Shown in pieces: positions 1 through 9,988 of a DNA stretch of 43,197 nt. This stretch comes from Salisapilia sapeloensis CBS 127946 (Eukaryota > Protista > Oomycota). Numbering within the stretch: the first letter of the stretch is position 1; every line of letters begins with the position of its first letter. The notes below the pieces were generated by a model that was not told the origin of the DNA, did not search any database, and worked only from the letters and a program-made list of their open reading frames with translations. Made by a program: the position numbers and the translations under genes. The stretch spans positions 1 to 43,197 of the forward strand of contig JAADVB010000165.1 of the NCBI GenBank assembly GCA_023334545.1, read 5' to 3'.

Positions 1-1
1 A

Positions 2-217
2 ATCATTTCCGTATCGCCATACCAATGGAACGCCTTCCACGCCGGCCCACGACAATGTGTCGGTCAGCGCATGGCCATGATGGAGCTGAAGACTGTGCTG
101 GCACATATGCTGAGCAAGTACGATATCCATCTTACGGAGAAGGAGTACACGTACAGAATGTCAGGGATCTTGTCTGTCAAAGGCAAGGTGCTTGCTAAAA
201 TCAAGCGTCTCCATTAG
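2..217 (+). CDS. Cytochrome P450, C-terminal end (5'-truncated by window edge)
   Basis: The frame from nt 2 reads ...WNAFHAGPRQCVGQRMAMMELKTVLAHML...KRLH*. It contains the heme-thiolate motif FxxGxRxCxG. Stop TAG is at 215-217. Not in the ORF track. Confidence 0.93.
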   Translation: MISVSPYQWNAFHAGPRQCVGQRMAMMELKTVLAHMLSKYDIHLTEKEYTYRMSGILSVKGKVLAKIKRLH

Positions 218-344
218 CCTACGTACTGAAGTCAATGCGCAAACGAACAGCGACGTATGCAGAGAACATCCTCAAATATAATCACCACGCATGAAATGAA
301 CAGAATCAAACATGAATTTTGTTTGTTTTACTCAAGGTACCAAC

Positions 345-1853
345 TTATGGCAGACATCCCTCCGGACGCTTGATGATGACCGTCTTGTGCTCCAAGTAGT
401 TCTTGAGGCCTGGCTCACCGAGCTCACGGCCGATACCCGAGTCCTTGTATCCACCAAACGGCGTGTTAGCATCGAACACATCGTAGCAATTCACGTACAC
501 CGTGCCTGTGCGGATGCCATGCGTGATCTTGAGGATGTTGTCCATGCTCTGCGTGACGAGACCGGCACCAAGACCGTACTCGGAGTCGTTGGCGCGACGG
601 ATGACCTCATCCACATCGCTGAACTTGAGGACGCTCATCACGGGACCAAAGATCTCCTCTCGAGCGATCTTCATGTCGTCCTTGACGCCAGCGAAGATGG
701 TCGGCTCGACGAAGTATCCCTTGTCACCAACGCGCGTACCACCGGTGACGAGTTCTGCGCCCTCAGACTTGCCCTGGTCCACGTAGCTCAGAATCTTGTC
801 GAATTGCTTCTGGTCGATCTGAGCACCTTGGTTCGTATCGGGGGAGAACGGGTCACCAACACGACGGTTGGAAGCACGCTTAGCGGCCTTCTCAAGGAAC
901 TCGTCGTATACCTTTTCGTGCACAAACACACGGCTTCCGGCGATGCAGCACTGGCCCTGGTTGAGGAAGATACCCGTTTCCGTCTGATCAAGCGCTAGCT
1001 CCATGTCAGCGTCATCCATGACGATGTTGGCGCTCTTGCCTCCGAGCTCCAACGTCACACGCTTCAGGTTGTCCACGTGGGAATTGCGCATGATCTCGTA
1101 TCCTACACTCGTGCTGCCAGTGAATGCCACCTTGTCGACATCCTTGTGCTTCATAAGCGAGGCACCAGCAGTGGCACCAAAACCTGGCAGGAGATTCAAC
1201 ACACCCTCTGGGTATCCAGCCTCTGCAGCCAGTTCAGCGACGCGCAGGGCACTCAGAGGCGTCTGCTCTGCCGGCTTCATGACGACGGTGCATCCGGTCG
1301 AGAGAGCTGGGCCAAGTTTCCACGCCATCATCGCCAACGGGAAGTTCCATGGAATGATTTGGGCGCACACACCCACGGGTTCCATCCGGCTGTAGCAGAA
1401 GTGGTCCGTGCTCAGCGGGATCGTCTGGCCGTGGATCTTGTCGGCCCACCCAGCGTAGTAGCGGTAGGTCTTAAGCACAAGCTCGAGATCCGCGTGTCTG
1501 GCTTCGGCGAGAGGCTTGCCGTTGTCCATGGCCTCTAACGCCGCCAACTCGTCAATATTCGCCTCGATCAAGTCGGCGAGTTTGTACATGAGTCTTCCAC
1601 GCTCGGCACCTGACATGCGTCGCCATGGTCCATCGTCGAAGGCTTTGCGAGCTGCGGCAACAGCACGGTTCACATCCTCTTCGGTGGCTTCCTGGACGGA
1701 TGCGAGCTTCTTTTCCGTGGCCGGGTCAAACGTGTCGAAGGTCTTTCCTTCGGCTGCGTCGACGAATTTGTTGTTGATGAATAGCTGGGTCTGCTTGATG
1801 GGCACGTGGCCTGCGCTCGAGAAAGAGCGTTTAGCGAACTGGCGGAGCATCAT
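345..1853 (-). CDS. Aldehyde dehydrogenase, ALDH1/2-type, probably mitochondrial
   Basis: 502-aa intronless ORF with IIPWNFP, KPAEQTP, FTGST, catalytic Glu in LELGGK, catalytic Cys in NQGQCC, and EEIFGP. The Arg-rich N-terminus MLRQFAKRSFSS resembles a mitochondrial presequence. Confidence 0.97.
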   Translation of the reverse strand: MMLRQFAKRSFSSAGHVPIKQTQLFINNKFVDAAEGKTFDTFDPATEKKLASVQEATEEDVNRAVAAARKAFDDGPWRRMSGAERGRLMYKLADLIEANIDELAALEAMDNGKPLAEARHADLELVLKTYRYYAGWADKIHGQTIPLSTDHFCYSRMEPVGVCAQIIPWNFPLAMMAWKLGPALSTGCTVVMKPAEQTPLSALRVAELAAEAGYPEGVLNLLPGFGATAGASLMKHKDVDKVAFTGSTSVGYEIMRNSHVDNLKRVTLELGGKSANIVMDDADMELALDQTETGIFLNQGQCCIAGSRVFVHEKVYDEFLEKAAKRASNRRVGDPFSPDTNQGAQIDQKQFDKILSYVDQGKSEGAELVTGGTRVGDKGYFVEPTIFAGVKDDMKIAREEIFGPVMSVLKFSDVDEVIRRANDSEYGLGAGLVTQSMDNILKITHGIRTGTVYVNCYDVFDANTPFGGYKDSGIGRELGEPGLKNYLEHKTVIIKRPEGCLP

Positions 1854-3871
1854 GATGCTTGTCGTAGTCGAGGGTCTATCTGCGTGGTTGGGCGCAAGAA
1901 AGGAAATGGATCTTTAGCTCTTTGGACCTGCCTCGAACATCGCTCGGGCGTTTCACCTTCGATCGGATGCTCCCAAGTTCAAGTTGAAGCTGTCTCCATT
2001 CTGAAACGCCGTTTGCCAGTACCAGCGTTGCGTTTCGGCGCGTTTGGATCGATCAGAAAGAGTGTGGAGATGACGAACCCTAGATTTGTATGTTCTTAGG
2101 ACGAGCGGGGTGGAGCGACAAGTATAAGATGATATATTTTCCAGACAGGGTTTACCACGCCGAGAGCTCGGAAACGCAATGCTGCACATTGCCTGCCTCG
2201 TGATTTCTACAGGTGTTCCTCCCTTGACTGGAACTCTCTATTAGATCTTTCAATGGGCGATATGTAAACCGAGGCGTTTTGCAATCGAATTTAACGTTCA
2301 CCTCGCTTTTACAATGTACTGTCAACGGGTGCACGAATGCAACGGACAAACAACTAAGCGGAGGGCATGCTGAATTTAACTCCAGTACCGAAGCACAAGG
2401 TCGGGGCAAGAGTTCGGTCAGCAGCTCTATCTCACAGCAGCATTAAATTTGTCGATCTAGTGAACCAGTACGGAGACATGACGGGAAAGGACGTTGATTG
2501 ATGATAGAATGTAGCTGTACGTAGAATGGTAAAAGTCAAGAGGGAAAACGATTTTGCTACAGTCCTACTACCCTCCGTGCCGTCAATTTGCATATTGCCG
2601 ACTCACAAAGAGACTCTAGCAATTTATTCAGTTGGAGTCAGGATTGACTGAGCTAGTACTCTTTATGTGTACCACTGTTGACTCAGGTTCTGCAGGTGGA
2701 CAAGCTTTACATCTCAGCGATCAAATGTCGACGACTAATTTCGTCACTAAGGAGCTTCCGGAGTTACTGAAAAGAAAATAGTCTCGAAACAGATCGACAT
2801 GCTTGCCTCGACCCTAAGCGTACTTTTATTGCTTACTCACAATAGCATTTCATGCCAGCCAGTATGATTGCTGCCGATAAAGTAAATTCACCTTTTCATC
2901 CTCAGCATGCAAGCGGTCTCTTTGTGATCACGCTGTGGACACGCAATATAATTTGATACGACGTTGATTCTGCCCGCACGTCATGCCTTGCGCTTGGTGA
3001 ATCGTCACCAAATCAAACTCTATACCGTTTGCCAGTGCATGAGCGGTAAGTGCTGACTCAAGCCACATCAAGTTGGTGGTAGGAATGCGCGTGTTTCTGA
3101 CTTGTGCGAAATTTGGAAGAGTCACGTTACTGGTAGCCTGGTTTTGAGCACCACTGCTCGTTCTTGCTGTGGTAAGTGCATTCCGACCTTGGTGTCTTGT
3201 ATTCCATGTACTCGGAAATCATCATTTTGTCTGCTGGGATGATCGCAGCTGTCATAAATATGCAATCTCTTCGTGCTCACAGGCTCCACATCAGCATACT
3301 TTCTAACATAAGCGTTCAGCCTCCACATGACATTTAAATGCTTCAAGCTTACTACCTTGCGTTTCAGCTAAAATGTCGGCATCTGCTCTTCAACTACAAA
3401 ATTCCTGGATATCATTTACAGTTCATGGTTTGCTGTCTATACTTGGCATAAATTCGGGTGAAGATCGAAGATATCTGTCATGAAGCATAGAGCGAAAAAG
3501 CTTTTAGAATAAAACGAAGGTATTCATGCATCCTATCGTTTCTCCAAGCATGCACAGGAACAAACCAGTCGTCGTAAACATTTATGTCGTAAAGCTCTAC
3601 AAAGCATGACTTCTTTTTTAACTGACACCAAAGACTAGTCGAGGAAAATTGATATACTTTAACAAAATCATTCAAGCCAACGCAAGCTACGTACCGACAG
3701 CAGAGCATCTTTGTCCACAATCCTGCTTTCGCTACGGATAAATTACGATTGCACTGATTTGTACTGGTGAAGAAGGATGGTTATGCGTATACATGTAGTA
3801 GCCAGTCTATTCCGATCTGCACGGCAGCCGGCCACAAAGAGAGTAACTCGAGCTCCATATACAATAGGTTT

Positions 3872-4478
3872 CTAATTTCGTTTTTGCTTCTTGATCTTCT
3901 TTCTACCCTTGGCACCGCTGCCAGAACGCTTTTTAGTCGCCTTGTCTGCGCTTGTGCTCGAACTAGCGGCAGAAGGCTCGATCGTCTGCTGATCAGAGCT
4001 AAGTGCATGCTTGACCATACGCGCAGCAGCCTCTTTATCCACCCTAACTTTGGGCTCCTCCAATTGTCGTTCCGTGTCTTTAATTTTCTGAATAAAAGTC
4101 TTGACTCGGTCCTACATACCATAGTTTCCATGAGTTCGTTTATGATGAAGACTGAAGCGATACACAGTGTCATGTACCAGCTCTTGCTTCACATGCGTTT
4201 GTCTGATGTCTTTACTTGTCACACCTTGTGTCTTTAAATGCACATAGAGGAGTGCATTAAGAGAGTAGGCTATAAAAAAGTATCAATGCTCAGTCGACAG
4301 GAGTGATTGGGAAGCAATGGAAGGTCATACCAAGGGCGACGTTCTTTTTCGCACGCTCCACTGGCGTCATCTCATTCACTAGATCGTGTACATTTTCTGC
4401 ATTTGCAGTAAAGTCACTCAGTTCCTTGTCGACCGTCGCGAGTGTCTCCTCCACCGCATCGAATGCATCCACACTCAT
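3872..4478 (-). CDS. C1D: C1D/Rrp47 (Sas10/Utp3/C1D family) exosome cofactor, 3 exons
   Basis: Exons 4478-4331, 4269-4178 and 4111-3872; GT-AG introns of 61 and 66 nt. The spliced product reads ...ERAKKNVALAYSLNALLYVHLKTQGV...HVKQELDRVKTFIQKIK...RVDKEAAARMVKHAL, which matches C1D family motifs, and ends in a basic tail. Confidence 0.9.
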
Positions 4479-4678
4479 ACTTGTCAAGTCTGTTGGTTAG
4501 CACGTGTTTCCTCCTATTGATTGTATGTCATATACATTGTAGTAGATAAAGTTGTGTCAATATTATCAATGGACTTTTATGATCTAAATACACATTTTAT
4601 CTGATAACATACAAACGCCAAAGTCAAAGCTTCTTGGACCAAATCCCTGGGAGTCGCATTCTTTCTGCACACTAGGTC

Positions 4679-5457
4679 ATGGCTCCCCTCGTTATCGTAC
4701 GAAGCGGCTCGACGCATGTCGAATATCGCGATAGCTTGTCAAGTGACTCGAGCTCAGATTCTGACAGTTCTTCGGACTCGAATGAAGAAGACCAGGAGCA
4801 CACTGCTTCGGATCAAGCAGTGGATGCGAAAGGAGGGAACCGCGGACTGCTTGGCATTAAGCGCCAATTGAGTAAGCTCAAAGCTCGGAAGCTTCTCAAA
4901 GTCGACAAGTCCGAGTCCTCCACTGGTTTTTCGGAAGAACTGCGTGATCTCGGCGGCATGCAAGCATTCCGGTAACATTATAGCATCTTGCTCATCTCTG
5001 TTGTGCTGACCTCGGTAAATGATACATTGCAGCTGTGTCGAATGTGGAAGCGTAGTAGCAACGAGAGAAGATGTCGTCGCCAAATCCTTTTTCGGACGAA
5101 CTGGCAAGGCTTTTCTTATGAACAACATGTACCTTGTATATCTTGCCTAGTGCTTACATGCAGTAACCATGCTTTTCCTTAGGTTTAACGTGCGCACTGG
5201 GTCACCTCGCAATAGAGCTCTCATGACTGGCATGCACACCATCACAGACGTCTCGTGTGGCCTCTGCCATACGAACCTCGGATGGAAATATGTAAATTCT
5301 CTTTGTGCGCTTGCTGCCTACGTCTCTAAGAGCTAAGAGCTGCTCGGCATAGATCAAAGCAATGGAGTCTTCTCAAAAGTACAAGGAAGGCAAGTTTATC
5401 ATGGAAAAGGCGGTGGTGCAGGACGATGCGGAGGACACGCCGTGGAAGCAGTACTGA
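4679..5457 (+). CDS. Yippee (YPEL) family zinc-binding protein, 4 exons
   Basis: Introns 4972-5032, 5129-5182 and 5292-5352. The spliced product includes FRCVECG...VAKSFFGRTGKAFLMNNM...[43 protein letters not shown]. It has two CxxC pairs plus the GWKY and QKYKEGK signatures. Confidence 0.93.
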
Positions 5458-5509
5458 CCGGCACCATCAAATGAAACACGTTTTTACCTGCATAAAGCTC
5501 TTGTGACGT

Positions 5510-6458
5510 TTATTGACCAGGCGGTGGGGGAGGCATATTGTTATTATATGGCGGCGGAGGTCCACGAGGGTTGGCGCCGTTGTTGGGGGCCATGCCAGGC
5601 GGCGGAGGAGGAGCGCCCATGCCAGGCGGTGGGGGCGGACCACCCATGCCAGGCGGCGGCATCATTCCGCCCGCTCCTCTCGGAGCCATCGGAGGCGGTG
5701 CAGCGCCACGACCACGGCCGTACGCTTGCGGAGGTGCACTCGCTGCGACTACAGAGAGATAGGAGTTAGTAAAGGTAGAACGGATGGAGGTTCCATCAAA
5801 CTAAGATCATTGGTAGGTTTGAATTAAGTATGCTCATGCCCACAAGGTTCGGAAGGACATACATCCAGCCACCGTTCACCTCATTATATCAATGGGGTCA
5901 CTTATCTGTTCGTTTTTATCATCTGGAACCTTTAGAAAAACAGTATCGTACCTTGTCCAGGTGGCACCATGCCAGGAGCAGCTCCTCCGACTCCGCGCAT
6001 AGGGGCTGCTAGACCCATAGGAGCAGATCCTGCAGGTGCGGCGGGAACACCACGACCGGCAGCCCGAGCCACACCAGGTCCAGCAGTCGCTTTCGTGTCC
6101 TCGGCTTTGTTGAGCGGCGGGCCATCCACAGATAACGAGACGACGTTTTCTCCTCGAAGGAGAACGAGTCCCAAGTGACGCTTCTCTGTGCGTTCTTCTG
6201 ACGTGTTATTTCCCTTGGCCTTTTTCAGCGTGCGGAACTCTTCGCAATCACCCAATACGAGGTTCATGTGCTTATCGAAAGCGAGAAAGTAGCCGAGGAG
6301 CACTCGAGTGTCCTGCAGCGTCACCTTCAGGCGATAATTGATGTAATTGAGCATCTTGCTACTCTTGCTCATGACCTGGAATACGGTTTAGCATAAGAGT
6401 TTGTGGTAGAATAATGTATAAAGAGCGAAAAGTAAGCAAAATACGGCGTACGCACCAT
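5510..6458 (-). CDS. SmB: Small nuclear ribonucleoprotein SmB/B'
   Basis: Sm1/Sm2 motifs ([35 protein letters not shown]; [14 protein letters not shown]) and a Pro/Gly/Met-rich tail. Probable ATG-only exon 6458-6456, intron 6455-6376, exon 6375-5952, 203-nt intron 5951-5749, and last exon 5748-5510. Confidence 0.94.
5788..5931 (-). ncRNA. Intronic box C/D guide RNA (sno/scaRNA) with U2 snRNA antisense elements
   Basis: 8-bp terminal stem AGGTTCCA/TGGAACCT. C box ATGATAA (5922-5916), D' GTGA (5901-5898), candidate C' ATGAGCA (5837-5831) and D TTGA (5799-5796). Guides GAACAGATA and TGATCTTAG are complementary to conserved U2 nt 37-45 and 21-29 (human numbering). Confidence 0.8.
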
Positions 6459-6553
6459 CTTTCTTCGACGCAGCTATCGTCTTGCGACCTGTGTAAGTGT
6501 CTTTTACCTCGGGGATACGAAGTTGGGGCCTAGTACTGCTGGGCAACGAACAG

Positions 6554-7227
6554 GACGGTCGAAAGAGTACACCCGTTGGCTTCCTGCGATCAAAAGTTGT
6601 TTGGTTGGGATTTGTGTTTTTGGTTGGTACTATAGTGGTACCATGATGGATCACATGCTAGATCCTAGCTATCAAGCTATGCTGACTGCATCATACAGAA
6701 TTTGAGCGATACCAAGAGCTAGTGTACTCGATGCGAGAATTTCGCGACAGAGCGTTAGCAGGTGCTTCTTTTGAGATGACGATAGATTTCGAAACTAATC
6801 CAAAATAAACATAGAACAGTACAACCCATCCGTTAAAATCATTATAGCTCATTCTGTAGATTTAAATATAGGAAGAACAAGTCTTATGTTGTTAAATCTA
6901 AAGCGAGCTATGATCTCGGTGTATCAATTGATACCCTGTTAGAGGTGTGCTTCCATGCAGACTGATTAGACGCTAAGAAATTATCAGTAAAACTAATTTG
7001 TCTTAGCTTGGTGGTTGTGCTGGCATAAACCGGCAATACATAGGGAAGGATGTCTGTCATTTGTACGGATTTTAGACTCGCGCTGCTTTCGTATTTTCAT
7101 CAAATCATCGTTCCATGAAACCATACTTGGAGTTGTCAGTAAGCCAATGCGAGCATACCAAACTCACTGGGCACGCTGCTTGCATCAAGTAGTAAACAAT
7201 TTAAATCAGTTTATATTACAAGTCTAG
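6554..7227 (+). CDS. Possible intron-dense gene or pseudogene of unknown product; start not resolved
   Basis: Intron-like GT..AG intervals at 6638-6698, 6762-6814 and 6945-7006, each with a CTRAY-like branch site, and at 7063-7139. They flank open segments such as EFERYQELVYSMREFRDRALA and SYDLGVSIDTLLE/LGGCAGINRQYIGKDVCH. I could not build a full reading frame or find an ATG. Confidence 0.3.
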
Positions 7228-7819
7228 TGTTTTAGGAACTCGTACTGGTTGTCAAAGCAGCTACAATGATTCTGCTTTAGAAGCGAGAATGCACTCAAGC
7301 GGAAGTAGACGAAACAAACAATTGGACCTTGAACTTCTTTATGAGCCTTATTTTTGATAGCAAAGCAGAGGTCTGTCTTACTGAATTGGCAGCGACGACA
7401 ACAAAATTAAGCTACCTAAGTTATATGCCAAATTTCTTTTTAGTTTATATTTTATCAATTACTTGTAGCTATCGCGTTAACTTCAGTTGAAAAGTACTAC
7501 TTAATGTACAAAGACAGTTTATTAGCATATCAAGTAGCATACCATATTGTAGCAAGCTCATAAAACTCTACTGACCTATCATGTTCCTAAGCGTAGCACC
7601 TTTGTCTGACTTCCAATGATACTTGTTAGACTCAGAGGGCAGCAAGTATTAGTAGCACGTTCATTTCAGCAATCATAATAATGCTAGCTCGAACATTTTT
7701 GTACTTTTTCGACTATGAACAAAAAACTCAAAAGTACATGTGAAACACTAGTACGAATGATTGTGATCGTATTTCTTGAAAGTTTAAAGTTGTCTAAAAG
7801 ACGGTCACTACACGCATAC

Positions 7820-9988
7820 CTAGATTGCAAACGATTTCTTGTGCAACGCGAAATCTGGCGCCGAAAGCTTGCTCGCATGCACAGAAACGCTCGTCTGAAG
7901 CTGCTCTGGGCCGCAGATGTAGATGTCAGCATCAACATTCGATCCATACTGGTCCTTGACCTTTTTGTGAACCGATGACAGAATCGACGCGATGTCAGGA
8001 CGCGTTTCGACTATGGTGAAATTTCCTGGTAACTTCGACGTTGTCTGTGTCATAGTCGATTTCACTGGTGTAGAAACTTGGTGATATCCGAGCTCTTCCT
8101 GTCCATAATCGCCTGCTGAGCCGTGCTTTTCATTCTTGAAAGTTGAAAGGAACAGTGCCACTCCGCTGAACAATAACGCTCCACATACTGCTGCAATCAT
8201 CATAAACAATTGTTCCACGTACCAGTAGTGTCCATTAGGCACGGAGTAGTCGACGATGTAAAGACCAGCTGCTGCCCCCAAAGACGTCGTCAAGAAAAGT
8301 GTAAGACGACTGACCGGTAAACTAGCAGAGAAGGTCAATTCCTGCTCCCTGATCGGGTAGTGCCGTTGAATGCCTTCGTTTTCATTGAGAGAGTCTTCTT
8401 TTGCGTCTGGCGTCACATGCAAGTGAAATTCACTTTGCCAGTTTGAGTTCTGAGCGACCTTTTGCAGTAATTCGCTGTAGTCCTCAATGAAGTTACGGTC
8501 TCGAGTGGTCCATACAACCCATATCGACTGGGGCAGTGCAACTTCATTCGACTCGCAAGTAGTATCGCGGCCTTCAGCTTTGCAGACAAGATGCTCAAGC
8601 AGACTGAGGAACGGTGTCATGCCACTTCCACCACCGATGAGCACCAAGTGCGAGCCCGTTGTAAATTCCGATCCGTAGTAGCCATCCACTTCCATGGAAC
8701 TAAGCGTATTTTTCTTCATCATTTCTAATAACGACTTTGTGAATCCATTCTGCACTTTGATGTCCACTTGGAAAGATTGCTTGTTCCGCAACGGGCTGGA
8801 GCTGATGGTGAACGGATGCCATCTTTGACTAATCGACTTGTTTCTCAAATAGACGTATTGACCGGGACGAAAGTCGTCTGTGGAGGAAGCATTTCGGTGC
8901 AGTTCGAGCTGGAGAATGTGGTTGGAAATGTTGGTGTAAGAGAGGACGTTGGACTGACGGCGCGTGGTGAAGGATACAAGGCGGTAGAACATGTACATGC
9001 TCGTACCTGCCAACAGCCAGTATGCCATCTCATGGTAGTGCATGCATCCAAAGAGAACGAAGAGGATGTTCAACCAATGCACAATTGAGAATCCGGCAAA
9101 GTATACGCGTCGCACACGCTCTAATGAGCACAAGAAGACGATAGCCAAGGGCGCGTACGATAAAATACCCGAGAAGTTCCGCAAATTCTTGAATTGCCGT
9201 CTGTCGGAGCAGTCTGAACAGGGAAGGAATTTGTCGTTAATGGCGCCCTTCTGTCCCCAGAGGACAAAGTATAAAATTCCGTGCAATGTGTAGATGATGA
9301 ACGAAAAGTTACTGGTCCAGACGTGGTACTTGGCTGACCTCTCAGCCGATAGCGAAAGGAACTTGTGCAGGAAGGAGGAGCGGCACACGAGCCAAATGGA
9401 GAAAATTGTCGCCAAAAGGCCGTTCATTCCAGAATGGTGCGCAATCGACTTGAGGTATCCACCTCTTTCCAGTTTGCCTATCTTGGCATCATACCTGACC
9501 TTGCCAACAATGCAGCTGATCTGGATGGCAGCAAACACGATGATGTATGCCAAGTCGATACGGTCAATGTTGGGAAAGAAGGGTAGAGGACGCGTGAGGT
9601 TTAACCAGCGAGTAGGAGCTTGGTTGTCCGCAACACTAAGATTGGTTGATGTGAAGCGCACCATAGCGTAGTAAATGAATCCGGCCACTATAAATGGGAG
9701 TATAAACTCCGCAGCAATGAAGATTCCGTCAATTTTCCTCTTTTCCAATTTTTCCGTCATTACATGCTTGACATGGATCTGGTAGAGAGGCCAGCAAAGC
9801 CAGAACATCAGTGCCACCATTAGGACAAGACACAGTATTATGCCGATACGAGCAGCCCATGTTGCTGATGAAGTCGGAGCACTACGCTTCTGTAGCACAT
9901 GGCCGTTCGTTGGAGCTTTGGAGCTGTGAGGCGCTGGGTTACCAGGAGTGAGAGGCTCATCGAGAGCGACATCCCTTGACTTTGACAT
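7820..9988 (-). CDS. Ferric reductase / NADPH oxidase-family transmembrane flavocytochrome (FRO-like)
   Basis: 722 aa with paired heme histidines (YHVW...TLHG; VHW...CMHY), FAD motif WHPFTISSSP, VDGYYG, NADPH motifs LIGGGSGMTPF and YICGP, and C-terminal HKKSF. No EF-hands. Confidence 0.93.
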   Translation of the reverse strand: MSKSRDVALDEPLTPGNPAPHSSKAPTNGHVLQKRSAPTSSATWAARIGIILCLVLMVALMFWLCWPLYQIHVKHVMTEKLEKRKIDGIFIAAEFILPFIVAGFIYYAMVRFTSTNLSVADNQAPTRWLNLTRPLPFFPNIDRIDLAYIIVFAAIQISCIVGKVRYDAKIGKLERGGYLKSIAHHSGMNGLLATIFSIWLVCRSSFLHKFLSLSAERSAKYHVWTSNFSFIIYTLHGILYFVLWGQKGAINDKFLPCSDCSDRRQFKNLRNFSGILSYAPLAIVFLCSLERVRRVYFAGFSIVHWLNILFVLFGCMHYHEMAYWLLAGTSMYMFYRLVSFTTRRQSNVLSYTNISNHILQLELHRNASSTDDFRPGQYVYLRNKSISQRWHPFTISSSPLRNKQSFQVDIKVQNGFTKSLLEMMKKNTLSSMEVDGYYGSEFTTGSHLVLIGGGSGMTPFLSLLEHLVCKAEGRDTTCESNEVALPQSIWVVWTTRDRNFIEDYSELLQKVAQNSNWQSEFHLHVTPDAKEDSLNENEGIQRHYPIREQELTFSASLPVSRLTLFLTTSLGAAAGLYIVDYSVPNGHYWYVEQLFMMIAAVCGALLFSGVALFLSTFKNEKHGSAGDYGQEELGYHQVSTPVKSTMTQTTSKLPGNFTIVETRPDIASILSSVHKKVKDQYGSNVDADIYICGPEQLQTSVSVHASKLSAPDFALHKKSFAI

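Noticed and set aside
312-1538. Long plus-strand ORFs opposite ALDH, and similar antisense ORFs opposite CesA3, HEAT and VPS13 (e.g. 26176-27279, 35199-35954, 37338-38108)
   Set aside because: These are shadow ORFs caused by GC3-rich codon bias on the real coding strand and show no domain motifs.
2-1853. P450 next to ALDH as a possible omega-oxidation gene cluster
   Set aside because: The P450 is truncated, its substrate is unknown, and the ALDH looks like a housekeeping mitochondrial type. Adjacency alone is not evidence.
5538-5769. Gly/Arg-rich plus-strand ORFs and short GC-rich repeats
   Set aside because: They are the antisense of the SmB Pro-Pro-Pro-Gly-Met tail, not an independent gene or repeat array.
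5804-5810. ATGATCT as the C' box of the intronic RNA
   Set aside because: It pairs well with D' but leaves only 4 nt before D and overlaps the U2 guide. ATGAGCA gives better kink-turn geometry. Not fully excluded.
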